Made by a program: the position numbers and the translations under genes
DNA from: Tubulanus polymorphus
Taxonomy: Eukaryota; Animalia; Nemertea
Length of the DNA stretch: 64,000 nucleotides
Assembly (NCBI RefSeq): GCF_964204645.1
Contig: NC_134029.1
Coordinates: 1,364,001 to 1,428,000, forward strand
Direction: 5' to 3'
Part shown: positions 26,203-52,942 of the stretch, piece by piece
Numbering within the stretch: the stretch's first letter is position 1
How the letters are laid out: every line of letters begins with the position of its first letter
The notes under the pieces: generated by a model
What the model was told of the DNA's origin: nothing
The model's database searches: none
The model's input: the letters and a program-made list of their open reading frames with translations, nothing else

Positions 26203-28760
26203 ATTATTGAAATAATTCATTTTCAACAAGAGGATGATTTTGGATCTCTCGACGACAGACAGAGCCGCGTGTCGGAAGCCACAGTACCGCTCCTCTCTGT
26301 ACTTATTCATTATTCTCGATGCACAAATCACAGTATTTGCCAGCTGCACTGATTGCGAAGGAAACCCTATGTAAATATAAGCAATCGCTATTTGCACTCT
26401 AGCCCAGAAATATTTCGTATAAGAGGCATGCGTATCGGATATCTGTAAACGCTGGACGCATCTGCACTCGTGTCTTTATTGATTTTCATTTGCCGCTTGC
26501 ATCTAACAAGAATCCACGCGGTTAAACAATACGATGAACCCTCTTCATACTCATTTCTCATATGACTTCATCTTCGTCACTAAATATCTCCGATAGTATG
26601 ATTAATCCGCCAGCTCCAGCTCCGACTATTCGTATTTCGAGCCGTTGTTCTCGTTTCGAAAAGGTGCCGCACGAAAAATTCCTCCGGAAAAAATCTCGGA
26701 TAGGACGTCGATCAATTAGGAAAAAGGCGAATGAATATTAAGTCATACAAATCAATTTTTATTTCAAAACCTGCGCTTAGATGTAAACTGTTCCAAACAC
26801 GGTAGTTTTACTAATAACATTGCTAATCCAGGAACCATACGTTACAAATTTATATCAACAACACGCACCGTCATCGTGATATCACCCCTTGAAATATCAT
26901 CTTTGATAGGGTATTACTCGATCGTATCCACCAGAAGAGGATTGTCGGCGGCGATATTGCCCGGGGTAAAGGACACGATGCGAATAAAGAATAAGTGGCT
27001 GCTTTAGCGGCGATGATTAAAAATGAAAATTGGCGAAAATATTGATTTGTCGAATAATAGTTCGTGCTTATCAAACATTTATCGGAAGCGTCGCTGGAAT
27101 CAAGGATTGAGGTCTCTCTATTTCTGTGTGTATGATGTCCATGCACAGATTTGATTTATTGACTGATATACAGAATCAAATCAGGCTGAAATCACAACAG
27201 AATTTGATTTATCGATGAAAGGTTTAATGCATCGTTCTCGTGTTGTACACGTCGTTTTAGGCGCCTTGTTTTAGAAGAAGTGTGAAATACGTTGCGGCAG
27301 CCGCGGTTTATTTCCGCTTGAATTCTTCTAATAAGCGATAATCCTCTAACCTCATAGTTTGTATATATAGGTTTCGCAATTGGTCATGGCTTCATAATTG
27401 AAAGTACTAATTACATACGCTCAGAGTTCTGAAAGTTAATTAATAATCATGATACATACACACGTCTGCGTAACGAACCGCAGTTCAAGGTCACGGGCCA
27501 GCCATAACCGCCATCTTGGTTCGTTCTCTCGTTTCTAACGAATCAACCGCTTTGCGCAACATGACGTTCCGTCTTATGTAAATCAAACAACTCCAACGTG
27601 AGATAAAAACAACTACAATTCATTCAACGAAACGGTTCTAAAAGAATTGCTTGCTCGGCGTTGTAAGAGCTTATTCGTAGATCGATCGATCGATCGATCG
27701 AAAAGCTGCTCTATGGCTGAATGCAACAAGACATTTACACAATATTCTGGCATGAATAATTAATGCACTAAAATTACGAGCAGCCATATAAGACTTTACC
27801 AGGTAATAGAGAGAAGGGAAGCAAAGCCGACATTCTATCTTCTAACGGTGAATAGATACATATATACCACAGTAAAACCTTGGCTTCTGGATAACAATAG
27901 CATTCAGGACCTAGTTCCACAGTCTGATCGAATTAATCTTCACCGTGTTACTTTCAAATAAGTTAAACTCCCTCTCTCTCTCTCTCTCGAGTCGAATTTC
28001 AACTCGGAACGGTGCAACTAGGTCCCTGGTTATCTATTTACAATATCATATCATATGAGTATATACATTCAATCAATCAATTGTATCATGATATTTATTA
28101 TACACTAATTTGTTGATCGAAAAAGAGCGTAATCAGTGACATATCTGACGAGACAGTTATTTGTCTGATGTATTATTCTATAAAGGCGGCGATCTTATTA
28201 ACATAGGCATCAATCGACAGCCTTGACCTCTAAGCTCTCCTCACACTTTCCATAGGACTTCACCGCAGAAGACATTTCCAATTGAAAATGAACTGCACCT
28301 TGCACCAGGTACATGGCCCAGTGTTTTGTTTAAGACGTACAGAGCCTGCTGACTTACACTGGACCCTTCGTCACCTTATGTCATTTTGACATTTTGCATA
28401 CGCATTTTCACGAGTAATCGTCCGACCGCTTCAGACTAAAATGGTGAATATTTAAGAGGGTGATTCAGGGCTGAAGATTGATACCTGTAATTAGCTTGTT
28501 TTTTGCAGCGCTGTTAGATGTATTGTGTGTGTTTGTTTTTAATGTATTGAACTATTGTACCCGCATTGCCGATACAAAATCTATACAAGATTATATTATA
28601 TATTCCTGTTATATATGAATCTCAATGAGGAAACATTTAAACTACAGAAACAATCGTGGAAATCAATCTCTTCAGAATAAGAGTCGATCGATGTATTCAA
28701 TATTTTTATTTGTACTGTTCGATTTCGGGAAGAGAATTAAAATTGTTTGCTACATTGCAG

Positions 28761-28898
28761 GGGCCAGTTCCACAGTCGAGACTTAAGTTCAAAAGTGGGC
28801 TTAAGTCTTAAGATTCATCTTAAGTTGTTAGATTGGCTATAGAACTAACATGGTCTTAGACTGAGCTTAAGTCTAAGCCATGACTATGGAACCGGCCT
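28761..28898. mobile_element. PIF/Harbinger-type MITE; representative of the most abundant family in the window
   Basis: TIR GGGCCAGTTCCACAGTC..GACTTA; CAG TSD on both sides. Diverged relatives at about 1120-1215, 7575-7832, 22357-22420, 27908-28026, 38935-39010, 43670-43795, 55827-55906 and 59435-59520. Confidence 0.75.
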
Positions 28899-29217
28899 CA
28901 GAAGACTCGTGGTTTTAACGATGCTGCCTATTTATTTTTGAAACCGAGTCTTGGCTTTAATGACGTCATATTTGAACCCTGTTATGATCAATAAACAGCA
29001 GACCTCACAAACACTTAATTCGAACTTTAAATTTGTTACATTCGAGAAATTAGACTCTATCAACCCAGAAAGGTTTAAATTCAATCTTAATTTCAGAAGT
29101 GTTGGTTGTTATTTTTGGGCAATCCGGTTGCCATTCCTCTAGAATCTATTTGCGATTTTCATACTGTAGCAAAACATACCAATTCGTAGAAAAACCTTCT
29201 ACATTGTATGCGTCTAT

Positions 29218-29504
29218 AGCCGCTTACACACTACCGCTTGTTAGTCCGTTCTAATTTGGCCCGTACCTGGATTTACAACGGACCAAATCAATGTTGTGCG
29301 TTCCCACGTTTCAAATCGGCTGTTATCACTGGTCCAGCTAGACGCTAGTTAATCAAAGCAGCTTCTATTCATACACAGCGAAATGGCAGTTCTAAATTCT
29401 AGAACGGACCATTTGTTTGCTGGACAAGTCGTTTCTGGTTCATTCTAGAATGGCACGGACTAAATTCAGAACGGTTTAAATAACGTACAGCGTGAACGCG
29501 ACTG
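29218..29504. mobile_element. Decayed Harbinger-like MITE with internal AACGGACC repeats
   Basis: The ends gccgcttacacact / agcgtgaacgcgac are imperfect inverted repeats; (ag)aacggac motifs recur inside. Confidence 0.4.
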
Positions 29505-32226
29505 ACCTATGAATGTATGACCAGTTATGACCAGCAGGCGACATGTTTGATTCACCTGATTGATTATTTACATATATAGGAAAATCTGCACCTGAAACGA
29601 CGTTATTTCTTTACATATCCTTAATTTTGCATTTTATTAAATCATACTGTACATTGATTATACATCATATATATATATATATACATTACACATCGTATAT
29701 CAGGCGCGGCTATGGGCGCTAAAAGTAAATCAACATTCTAGAAAATAAAACACAGGGCACACAGCAAATACATCAGCGACATCAAATTCTGAACGCTAAC
29801 TATAATTATCTAAATTTTCTGAATCACTTTTAAAGAACGTTTTTCTAATAATTGTTATTATCAATAAAACAAATATATTAATTTAAGCGCATACAAATCA
29901 GCGGGCCAAGATAACGATAATCCTTAACGAGAAAAAATGTCATGATTATTTTATATAAATCAATCTATTTATTATTTATCTACTAAGATAATTCGAAGAG
30001 CGAGAGCACATTAGTAAACATATCAAATAGGAACAAAACGTCATTATAATAGTAGCACACATTAAACCAACGTAGATATCATTATTACCCCAACCTGCAT
30101 TCAGATTGCCTACAAATCGAACATTTTTTGAAGATCCGATTTTTCGGTATGGGGACCGTTTACAGACTATCTGCTTATTAAGTTTTTCCAAAACTTTAAG
30201 GCAGTTTTCGATTGGTCTCTTCCAATTCTGATTTTTTTTCTGGGGCTATCGTTTCGACCAGAATACGCTCCACCTAATCCGAAATATCTCAATCTATAAA
30301 CCTGATAGAAGCGGCCGGTATAAGAAAGAGAGTTTGTAATCCGGAATTGCAATATTCTTAAACGTAGAATTGAATTGTGCAATACTGCGCAACAGCCCCG
30401 TGACAAGATGATCAAATAAATAGACCTTTCCTATATTTCCTCTTTTAGAAAGCCTGGCAATAATTCCAGAATGACATGAATTACGAAATGTTTCGAACTG
30501 AACCTCTCAAGAAACGCCGCAATATCGAGATTCTATTGTTCAGTATTTCATTATGTATTTCTAAGTCATTCATACTGGTATGAATACATCATCTACTCTC
30601 AGTGTTTATTACGAGGATGGTGTGTTCAGTTGTTAATTGCGTAGGGCGGTTCTAACGAAGAGCCAATTTGAAATGAACACGTGAACCACTCAAGCTTTAA
30701 TTAGAAAACGCCGCGGGACATTTTTTATGCCGATCGAAAATATCAATACAGTCAAATCTTAACTCACTCGTCGCTGTTATCGTCGTTTTATCGTCGCTGC
30801 CTTTTTTTCTGATGACATGTTAATCATAAAAATGTGTTCGATTGACCCGGTGGTATTCTAAAAAAAGTATAGCGTCACGTGATTCATATGCTACTATACC
30901 ATCAATGCCTCAGTGTTTAACGGATAGGAATATAAGCCAAAGCTCCCTGGGTTCGGGTCAACAGTTTTGGGAATATTTCAATTCGAAATTAATCAAATAA
31001 CTCACCAATAAAAACATCATCAATTTTTTTACATCGTCACATTTTTTCTTATCGGTTTGTGCTTGTAAAGGATGTAATAGATCTTAGTCATTGTATGGAT
31101 TAAAACATGTTTAAAATGGGGACTGAGCAGGCTTGTTGCGAAGAGCTTCAAGAGATTGTTAATGATCCTATATAAATAGATTTCTCACTGTATTTCATGA
31201 TTGTATCTAAAAATGGCTGTTTGGAAAGAGCCGAAACTATGTGTGGCTTCAAGAAACATTTTAATGTTTATTATTTTAGACGCAATTGTGCGATTTCGCT
31301 TTTAGTTTGCATAGTCGCAAATTTAGAAATCATCGTCAGTTGAAACCTGATTTTTGTACCACTTTTACCAGAACTTCTCCTCAAATTAATTCAATACTTC
31401 CTTACAATAATAAACCGTAACAAAATCTCGATAATTGCCGCCTCGTCGTTTGGGCGCAGATCGAAATAAATGAATATCATAATTTATTATAATGCGCATA
31501 TGAAATCATGGCGAATATCTATAGGAATTAAGGCAATTTTTTGGAAAAACGATCTGAAAGCGACAGAGCACCACACGTTGGTTTAGCTCAAAACCTCTGG
31601 CACCGTATTGTTCCATACAGTTTCTCTAAACAATCAAATAGAAAATCACGCGATTAACGACAATAACTGATCGAACTATTTACATAATACATGTGTATTT
31701 ATATATATAATCACATGACTAAAACGTCACAACTGACGTATGTCGGACACGTAAGCCTACGCGCTTAAAATAGTCCCGATACATACACGCCACGCTAGGG
31801 TTACTACTAATAGGTGGCGTTACAGTGCAGGCATTATTTTCGTTTTGCCGCGGACAAGTTGTTTTTTGTAAGAGTGTTATTGGGAGGGAACACACACCTA
31901 GCAGGTTAAATCATTATTCAAATGTCAATCGACCGTTAAAATTCCCGATTTTATTATTATTCTAGACATTTTTAAACTCCGGTTAGTAATAAACAATTAA
32001 CCACATACTGCCTAACAACAAACTCGACCTCGTCGCGGCGGTTCAACATCGACTAAACCTAACTGTTGAGTATCCACTCGTGCTACTTCCGGTTCGTCGA
32101 TTCTCGTTCCGTGTTCGCAGCCGCCGATAGAGGGCTCTGCCGCCGCAAACTGCGCGCTAAGCTACAAACGATAAGTGAATTAATATCACTGGAAGAAAGC
32201 CATTGGTACCGAGTCGGTAAACGTTA

Positions 32227-44086
<11,860 letters not shown>

Positions 44087-44329
44087 GGCATATACATTTC
44101 AGATAAATCATGTCTCAACTGGAAATGCTTTCAGCTCAATTCCAAACACGACCCCATCTCGCATTCGCACCGCGGTATAATCGACTATTAATCCTTACGA
44201 ACAATTATTGACAATTCGAATTGTGCGATTTAATGAAATATTAGGTCGATTCATTATTATCCGTCGTCGAAATGGATTCAGGACGCTGTTTGTGTGTTTG
44301 AGTTAAGATGTCCACACACTAGTGCTGCC

Positions 44330-44337
44330 CTTTATAC
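44330..44337 (-). promoter_or_regulatory. Candidate TATA box of a proximal nAChR promoter
   Basis: GTATAAAG about 250 nt upstream of ATG 44086, with a (GA)n tract further upstream at about 44810-44840. Motif match only. Confidence 0.25.
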
Positions 44338-45815
44338 AGTACTAGACAACTCGGTTTATCGCGTATATTTCAATGCTTCACACTGTTATTTATGCGACAT
44401 GATAGTCGGGTGAGATGCTGCTCAAGTGACTAACTGCACCAGTACACAGTTCAGTTCGTAATTCTCAATTTCAAACGTTCGCTGTGCGAGCGATGTTTGA
44501 GGATTATCATCTTCACCTAAACGAACTCTACCGTCTAACAATACAAATATAAGAAAATCCTTTAAGAAGTTCTCGATTCAAATGCTCGTTTTATATGCGG
44601 AACTCTGGGTTCTCCTATTTCGTGCTATTGTTTCGGTAATAAATGAAACTAAACACCGCGGACCACACCCATCGCCGAGACGAGAAATAATCTACTAATT
44701 CCTCGTGTTAATTCGACACTCGCTCGTTAAAAAGACCTCCGTCTGACGATGAAGATATCTCTGATGATAATCCGTCGTTGTCGCTGTTTCATTTTTATGA
44801 TAATATTCTCTCAGTCTCTCTCTCTCTCTCTCTCTCTCTATTGCGAGCGAGTAATTAACAATTGAGTACAGATAAAACATGACCAGGTGGAGATACTCGA
44901 CTAAATATATGATACATCATACCCAGTATAACTATATGATTTAGCGTATTATTTTCAAACTAAACTCGCGGCAGCTGTATTCGATAATACTGTCTGTGTA
45001 TGTTCCCTATCGATGCCGTATATTCAATCAGAAAACAACAGAACAGAACGCCATTTATATCATTATCATCGCGTATGAAATAGTTTTTTTTAGTTCGTGG
45101 CTGTGATTAATTCTGAGAACATCCAGCTACTCCGACAGTTCGCTTAATACTAAATTGATTGTTATAAGTTGTAGATAAGACGGTAGCAGACGGTCTCCGC
45201 CATAGATGTTTGATGTCTAATCTGACCAGTGTCTGTTTGCCGTTCAATTCTAGCTCGACGCTTATACCTCTACATATTCCATATACGGTAAAGGATTTTC
45301 CAGTTAATCAGCGCCTTAAAAGTAAATGAAGCAAGCAGCCGATGGCATAATGTTTCATGAGACGCAGTGTTTCGGCGGGTCGATTATCTAAGATCGGATT
45401 TATATTACGAACTGAGGCTATGAAAACGTGACCTGAACCGCGAATGAGACCGGCTGAACCCGCGTGACGACACACGTGTCTTCGTGCGATGGTTTCAAGT
45501 TGGAAGCTATGTTACCTATAATGAAGGTTGATACCGCGTTCTGACGAGCGGTAATGACTGCTCTAGCGCATTAAGACTGTTAACTGTCATCGTGTGTGTG
45601 TTCGCTTCCAGTTCACCTTAATCATTATTTGCATCTAATACGCTTTTAGACGAAGCTGCTCCGAGAGTCTGAGCCACGCAGCTCGCACTTGATGACTCAA
45701 AGAAAATGGTCGATTTTTGGCTTAGGTTACAGAGATTTGCAAAGTCACGTCATAAATTGCCGTTCGTTAGAGAATCGTAGAAAAAATATGCCAGAAATAT
45801 GCGAATATAATGGTA

Positions 45816-45925
45816 GTGGGTGACTCCCTCGTATCAGACATGAGAGGTGGGTGACTCCTTGGTATCAGATATAGGAGGTGGGTGACTCTCTGATATCAGA
45901 AAGGAGAATTGGGTGACTCCGATAC
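45816..45925. repeat. 31-bp tandem repeat, about 3.5 diverged copies
   Basis: tgggtgactc recurs every 31 bp (45817, 45848, 45879, 45910). Confidence 0.85.
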
Positions 45926-47973
45926 AGTTCTATAGCCGATATTCCTAGAAATGCATACAATGATACGACGTACGTCGGAAAATCATTGAATGGGGAATGT
46001 TCAAACACAGCTGGTAAAAACACCTGCAAACTCTATCAAGAGTACACGCAGGAAAATGTATTCATGAGACGAGTAGAGTTAAATACATTCTCATGACAAA
46101 TCTCTTTGGTTAAACAAGTCAAAAGAAGGCTTTTTGACTATGATTAGATTCATGCGGCCACAACATTATCAGATACCGATGAAAAAGTCAAAAGGAAATT
46201 TTGAAAGAATGCTTCATTTTCTGAGTCTGAACATCTAGCGAGTCATTCTACTGCTTTATGTGTTACTTTCATAAGGAGGCAGGTTGTGAAGATATTATCT
46301 TGGTAAAAAATAGGTGCCCGAGCCGCTTAGCTCCCCTCGGACCGGTCAAACCTAGCGATGAAAATGCGTTTTGACGTGTTTATTCACTCACCAATACAAC
46401 TACATTCACATATATAAAATCAGTAGTAATCGCACTATGATTAAGTGCGACTAATCTTCTTATCCTGACGACTCTCATTCGGTAAATAGCTGAACAGCTC
46501 GCGCGCTGTTCGTATACGGCCAATTATACTTATTCTCGTCATTCGATCAATTGAACAAATCGATGATCATCCCTTCAGATACGTCTAAATATTGACCTCT
46601 AACTATAGTGGACTTCAATAATTACAGATTCGGATATTCTACACAAATACCCGCGATCTGCGTGTCAATCTCGTGGTTTCCGACGGAACTACATTTTCTA
46701 TTCATTTCCACACAGAGAGTAGAAAATATGAAATATGTTAAATGAGTTGATTTTCAATTAGGAACTGGGCGCGTTTCATGGATCCGTTTTGAGGATAACA
46801 AAAAACTAATGAAACTTTAAGGAATCGTTGTTAAGAGGTCTTTGAAACGGTCCTCGAACATTTTCCTACAACCCTACCATTTCGGAACCCAGTTCAACAT
46901 AAAAAAATGTCAATCATTTGATTCCGAGGTCGAAATTCCACCAAATAATCAAATATTCAGAAGATCATCCATACACACTCGGTCGTGTATGCATGCAATG
47001 ATGTAGCGAGTCCTTGACCTTCACGACGGGTTTGTAACGTATAAAAACTCGTCGTAGTTTCGACAGAGTAAACATTGTTTTTGTCTAACGTGAGTCGGTG
47101 AAATTTTAATTATTCAAACTCGTTGAAAATCCCAATAAAGTGCGAGCTACACGTGTCGATATAATGCGTATATTTGCGTCGGTTAATTCAAAAAAAATAT
47201 TTCCGATATGCACCAAATATGGCGCAATTCGTTGTTCAGCTGGTTTGTGGGTTAGGCAATAGGGGCAATTGGCCATATATGCCATTCGGGATAAGTGGAC
47301 CATACGTTTTTGGCACCGACCTGTCACGTGACTCCTGTGTTGACACCACGAGACTTAAACACGGACGATGACGTCATTGTGAGTCTATATAAGTGCGGAT
47401 AGATAGTAGAGAGGTTGATGAAGGTTGCGATCGATATTTTTGGTTTTCGGTCCGATGTTTTCGTAAAGAACCAGTCAAATACAGACCGGCTTCAGCTACC
47501 GGTATCGACGGTTGTGTAGAACTGGGTGATCGCCTCATCACGCAGCAGCCAGTGAACGCCATGTTACAGAAATCTAAACTTACTTCTCACCGAAACCTAC
47601 AAGGCGTGTAGAGTGATACGGTGTTGCTAAGTAACAAACAGAAATCGACCGCATCAACGGTGCATGCAGCGAACAGAATTGCGATCGAGGTTTGAAGCAC
47701 GACGGACATTCCATAAGCCGGTCGAGACTAAATTCTATCACCAGCTCAACTGGAATCACATTTTTTTCTCTGAGCAATGAATTCTTATGACAAATTATTA
47801 GTATATGCATAGCATATATAGCGGGATACATGGAACTTATCAGTCAGCAGGCCACAAAACCCGTTCCATTTACACTTGATGTTAATTTTGGCAAGAAATT
47901 TGTTTTCTTACTAGTGTATCCGCCATCTTCATAAACCATTTTTCCCAATCTGGATATTTTGTTACCTCACTAC

Positions 47974-47991
47974 CAGTGCCCCCTAGTGGCC
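47974..47991 (-). promoter_or_regulatory. CTCF-type motif
   Basis: The minus strand reads GGCCACTAGGGGGCACTG; the motif may be repeat-borne. Confidence 0.4.
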
Positions 47992-48834
47992 TCACTCAAA
48001 TTTTGTTGAGAATATTGATTTTCAATTTGTTACTAATTTACATCAGAAATTTGCGTAAAACATTCTCGTGAAGTTTATATAAGTGCATTTTGCATATTAC
48101 GGGTAGTAATTTGGAAAGATCACGAAAATCATGAAGATATCGAGATGATAAAAATGATTTTTTTTCTCAAAATGCTCCCTAGATCTAACATACACAAAAC
48201 CCGAACATAACCAGCAAGTACGAGTGACATTTAGCCAACTTCAAAATAAAAGCAAATCTTTACTCGAATGATACGTCATTAAAATGACATTCATCGAGAT
48301 TAATTTCCCTCGCGAGATGTCTAGGGAAAAGCTATTGAATTAAACATATCCTACGTAAATTCCATGAAAAATTCACAACTGAGATCTCGAGCATCGAAAC
48401 TAAGTAAAATATCAGAATTGAATCGTTAGTGAATCAATCAACTTTCCGTAAATAGATTTAAACAAAGATGTACTTTAAGGATGGGATAAAGACTCGTCTT
48501 TTTGTCACGGGAAAAAAGTTCTTTTAAATTCGGTTGGTAAAGTCTACGACTACAGAGTTCAATTTGTCAATAACGCCGCGATGAACCGCGTGTCAGTCGA
48601 TCGTTACACTGAAAGCGATAGCCCATCCTTTTAAAGATTTCTGTAGCCGGAAAATTCATCAGATAAATCTATGAGCGGAGATCGAATCACCGGCGAGAAT
48701 TGTAAAAAAAAATAATCTCATGCACGATGAGGAATAGAATAAAATAGAAAGATCCAGTTCTACGGGGTTAGATTTGACGTTAATGACATTGTCAACACTT
48801 GGCAAACGAACCCGTTAACACCGGGAGAATATCG

Positions 48835-48967
48835 GTACAGGTTCGAATCCCAGCAAGGGAGGAACGTTACAGAGTCTCGCGACGTCATCAGGTTCGAATC
48901 CCGGTGAGGAAGAAACATGGCGGAGTCTAATATGACGTCAGAATCGAATCCCTGCCGAGGGAGGATG
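48835..48967 (+). repeat. Three tandem diverged termini of the tRNA-like-TIR element
   Basis: ggttcgaatcccagcaagggagga / ggttcgaatcccggtgaggaaga / atcgaatccctgccgagggaggatg at roughly 51-52-bp spacing. Confidence 0.65.
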
Positions 48968-50585
48968 GAAAAAGTAGCTAAAATTGTAATCCACCCCAAA
49001 AACGTAAAAATTAATTGCTGGATTCTAAGAGAATTAAGTCGACGTTCAGTTCCCCGACGGCTGTAATTGAGGAGCGACCTCAATCGAAGTAGCTCAATTC
49101 CGCGCGGATTTGACAAGCGACGTCGAAATTAATACCCTCCTAAACATTTATCAAACCACAGCGCGCGTTGAAATGACAGTCGGGCAAAATGTGTCGAAAA
49201 ACCCGCCGAAATTATCATCTGACAATTTTGAAAATGAATCCAATCTACTAACGCGTTCTGATAAAGTCGTCGTGCAAAAAGTAATCTAGATCCAGTCGGC
49301 GTTCTAAATACATGCGCCAGTATTCTTTTGACTGAGAGAAATGTGCTCCATTAACTACGGCGTTATTGGTTTTGCATCCATTCTAAGGTAACGATCGAGT
49401 CCCATATTATATAATTAGATTTTACCGGCTAATGAATTTTTACATTAGCGAGCAGAAGGCATTAACCATTGAAGCGAATAGTTTGATGAATTGCGGTGTT
49501 TTACTAATGTTATTGCTCCACCTGAATGAAGTTGTTCACGTCAAATTCTCGTGTAAAAGAAATCGGTTTCGAGGATAAAATCTACTCGGAATCAACACGA
49601 AGATTGAGTAGCTTTGTCAAAATACAAATCATACCCCGTTCCTACAATACATCATGTACCCATAATGCAGTGTACGAGCGATACAAACGCATCATACGTG
49701 ATATCAAAATGGCGGTGGTTTGGATCGGTTATGACTGACGTCACTTGGTTATTTCACGTCGGTGTTTAGAGGTTTCATAGCTACCTAGATCTATTAGCAT
49801 TTCTGTTCCGGGTTTATGCCTGGTAGAGTACACCAGGCTTTAATACTCGTGAAACACCGAGTTGCGAATCGAAACTGTAATGTGAATTAGTTCAGATAAA
49901 TAAAGAAAGTTGATTACTACTCCCCGACTGTAAACGAGCTCTTCCATTCGTAAACACGAAAGAAATTCGTCTGAAAGTTTAAACTAAATGCGTGTAAACC
50001 TTGCCAGCTTAAGTCGAATGGATGAGAACAATCTACGAACGGTCGGACTTGGAATTCAATATCTAAACATGTCTAATACTATTGCTGTATATAGGCAGCT
50101 TACAAGATTTTACTTTCTAGTTTGTCGTCGCGATTGAAGCGTTAATGTAAATATCTGTGAACAAGGTTATGCACTTGGACGCGAACGATATATAGAATGA
50201 GAGAACGAAACCACCACCGGACGTCGGGATATAACTCATAAATACAGCTGAAACAACATAATCATAGAATTAGTCTATTAATATTTACGCCGTTGGTCGA
50301 CGAACGAATCCCAGATTAGGCATGATAATTATAGAAAGTGAGAGAGCGACGAAAAACAACTGAATTCTCTCTCGTATATTAACTGCAATCATAATTCATT
50401 CTGCGATTTATCGACGCGTGGCCGCTAATATCGAATGAGGTATTTCCCTCATATTTTCCTGCATCCATACATAACTCAAACGAACGGTTATTAAGGGGGA
50501 GATGAAAAAGAGAGGAGGGGGAAAGAGAAAGGGCGAGGAGGGAGACAGGGAGAAAGGAGAGAGGGCGAGAGGAGGAAATAACAGA

Positions 50586-50619
<34 letters not shown>

Positions 50620-50864
50620 ACTAGAGGGAGAGGAGAGAGAGCAGAGAGGGAGAGGAGAGAGAGAGCAGAGAGGGAGAGAGAGAGAGAAAGAGAGATGTCG
50701 GTCGGGTATACAGGGAATATAATTTGAATTATCGGCAGAGAATGATAAATTACTGAACGCTGAGGAAACAACGTGTGTTTATTGAATTGTGTATATCTCG
50801 ATGCAGTTTTTCAGCCTCGGTGAACACACCATCACGACGTTACGGGTGCATCTGTATCTACTAC

Positions 50865-51033
<169 letters not shown>

Positions 51034-52942
51034 ACTGCCGTTTTCTGATGCGCAGTTCCGATCATAAAAAGGTTACAGTAAACTATCATTCATCTAAAGA
51101 CACACCTGATGATATTATATGTATTTATTTTGTATCGGTTTACAACGAGTCGACGTCTGAGTTTTTTTTTACATCGATAGAGTTCAAGCAAAATATTCTC
51201 ATCGAATGGTTTTAATTTCGTCCACGAATTCCGCGGTAGTTTCGTTGTTGCCAACAGTCACGCGAGAATTCTAGGTTCGCGGTTCGCGATATAAATACCG
51301 ATTAGACGTTTTAGTTCGGTTTCCTCGAGAGAAAAAATCGACGACCTTCACCGTGCCGCTAGCAGGAAGTGACGTCACGCGAACGGAATTCTCCTGCGAT
51401 TTTCAGAAATGTGGAAATGTCTCGTTGTTCGTCACAGATAAATGGCTGCACGACACGGAACCAATACAGGCAAACACATTACTAACACGAATAGGAAATT
51501 CATACGATCAACATCTTTCAGATTTTTCATCTTTTAACGATCGAAGTAACCGAGGCTCAACAACCATTGAGTTCAGAAAGGGAACAAGGTCGTCTTTAAA
51601 CGGGAGCTTAAATAGGCCGGGCTTGCGACACGATTCTCGATCCTCGCCGGCACCGATCCCGTAGCAGTTGACCTGTCAACTTAAGCGCTCTCGAGACCGG
51701 TGGCAGAAACAGTTGCATCGCGCCGTCGCTGTAGACTAGTAGCGATCAGTCGCGAACCGTTACGGCTACGGATATTCAAGATCGTTGATGAAATAGAATA
51801 TTATTGTCGTAAGGCCCTCGTTCAGTTAACCTATCCCAACAGGGAAATAAATCACAACCAGAAAACCTTGGTCCATTTCACATCCAACACGAAATCGAAC
51901 TCTAACGGTCGGTACTTCTCTTTGTATCGCGGCGTCGTTCGTCAATTGCTGCTCCGTTCTTCATCGCCAGACACGAATATACTTCCGAAACATTAAGTGC
52001 ACGAAAGATGAGCCGCAAGACAGAAACCCGATTACAAGACCAATATTTGTGGAGAGAGAATACAGAATGTTCTGAGTGATAATACATTACGATTAGTCGA
52101 ACTACTGTTGTTTCGGTTGCGGCGGAAAAGACCGACGAATGTATATTTATTATTTGAGAGTTTCAGAGCACATTTGGCGGTCAGAAGATGGAAGTTCCCG
52201 TCGAGACGTGAATAGGTAGTTTGATGTGCACCTCACACAGGGGGCGGGTCACACGGGGTATTTGCGTGGATCTGCACACCCCTGCCTTCCTGGTGGAGGC
52301 TGCGCGTATCGTCACGGTAGAAGAGATCATTAAAACCAGTCGGTATTCTATACTCATCCTCTCAGAGATTGCAAATTGAAACTTTCGGGTGTATTTCATC
52401 GAGAATTGTCTACACCGTGGCGGGCTTCACTTACGGTTGGACGTGGCTGCTTCACCCAAGAGACATATTTCCTTTCCTTGGCTTCCAATTTCCCTAAGAA
52501 CACAACCGCATTTAATATCATTTATCAAGACTTCGAAATATCCGACCTCAAAACCAACACGTTTGTATAAGCAAAAATAAAATCCCTAATAGAATATCTA
52601 TAGTTTATGTGGTGAAAGTTTCGAGATTTTGACTAAATGACAATGATAACAACTTGTCACCGCTGTGATGAAAGGATGATATCGATTCTCTACCAACACT
52701 TTAGTATAAGCGGCTTAAAGCCTTAAAACTGAATAGAAGTTTTATACTATTGAGAATGCGTTTTCGACGATAGATGACTTTACTTTATACAGAATCAAAA
52801 AATCGATTATTTTTCGACGAACGATCGTGAATTATGATACGTGCGACAGCTCTTTACAACGACAACACGTGTTTCTTTTTCGAGTGCAAAACGCTTAGTA
52901 TATATTTAAGAATCACTTTTTAGTTTCGAATCACGAATGTCG

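Noticed and set aside
28144-28170. CTGACGA plus hairpin resembling a hammerhead (also about 45541 and 14394)
   Set aside because: No GAAA after stem II, or no stem II, so the core is incomplete.
29631-32226. Extent of the nAChR 3' UTR and poly(A) site
   Set aside because: There are several minus-strand AATAAA candidates (for example about 31952, 31483, 30604 and 29633), and sequence alone cannot choose among them.
45816-45925. CRISPR-like repeat-spacer pattern (also 6112-6177 and 48835-48967)
   Set aside because: The spacers are related to each other (tandem repeats), the context is eukaryotic, and there are no cas genes.
47580-47712. Signal-peptide-like frame MSVVLQTSIAILFAACTVDA near donor-like GTAGGT/GTGAGA/GTAAGT sites
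   Set aside because: Its only plausible phase-1 donor would create TGA when joined to 44022, and the frame that does splice in phase is not leader-like.
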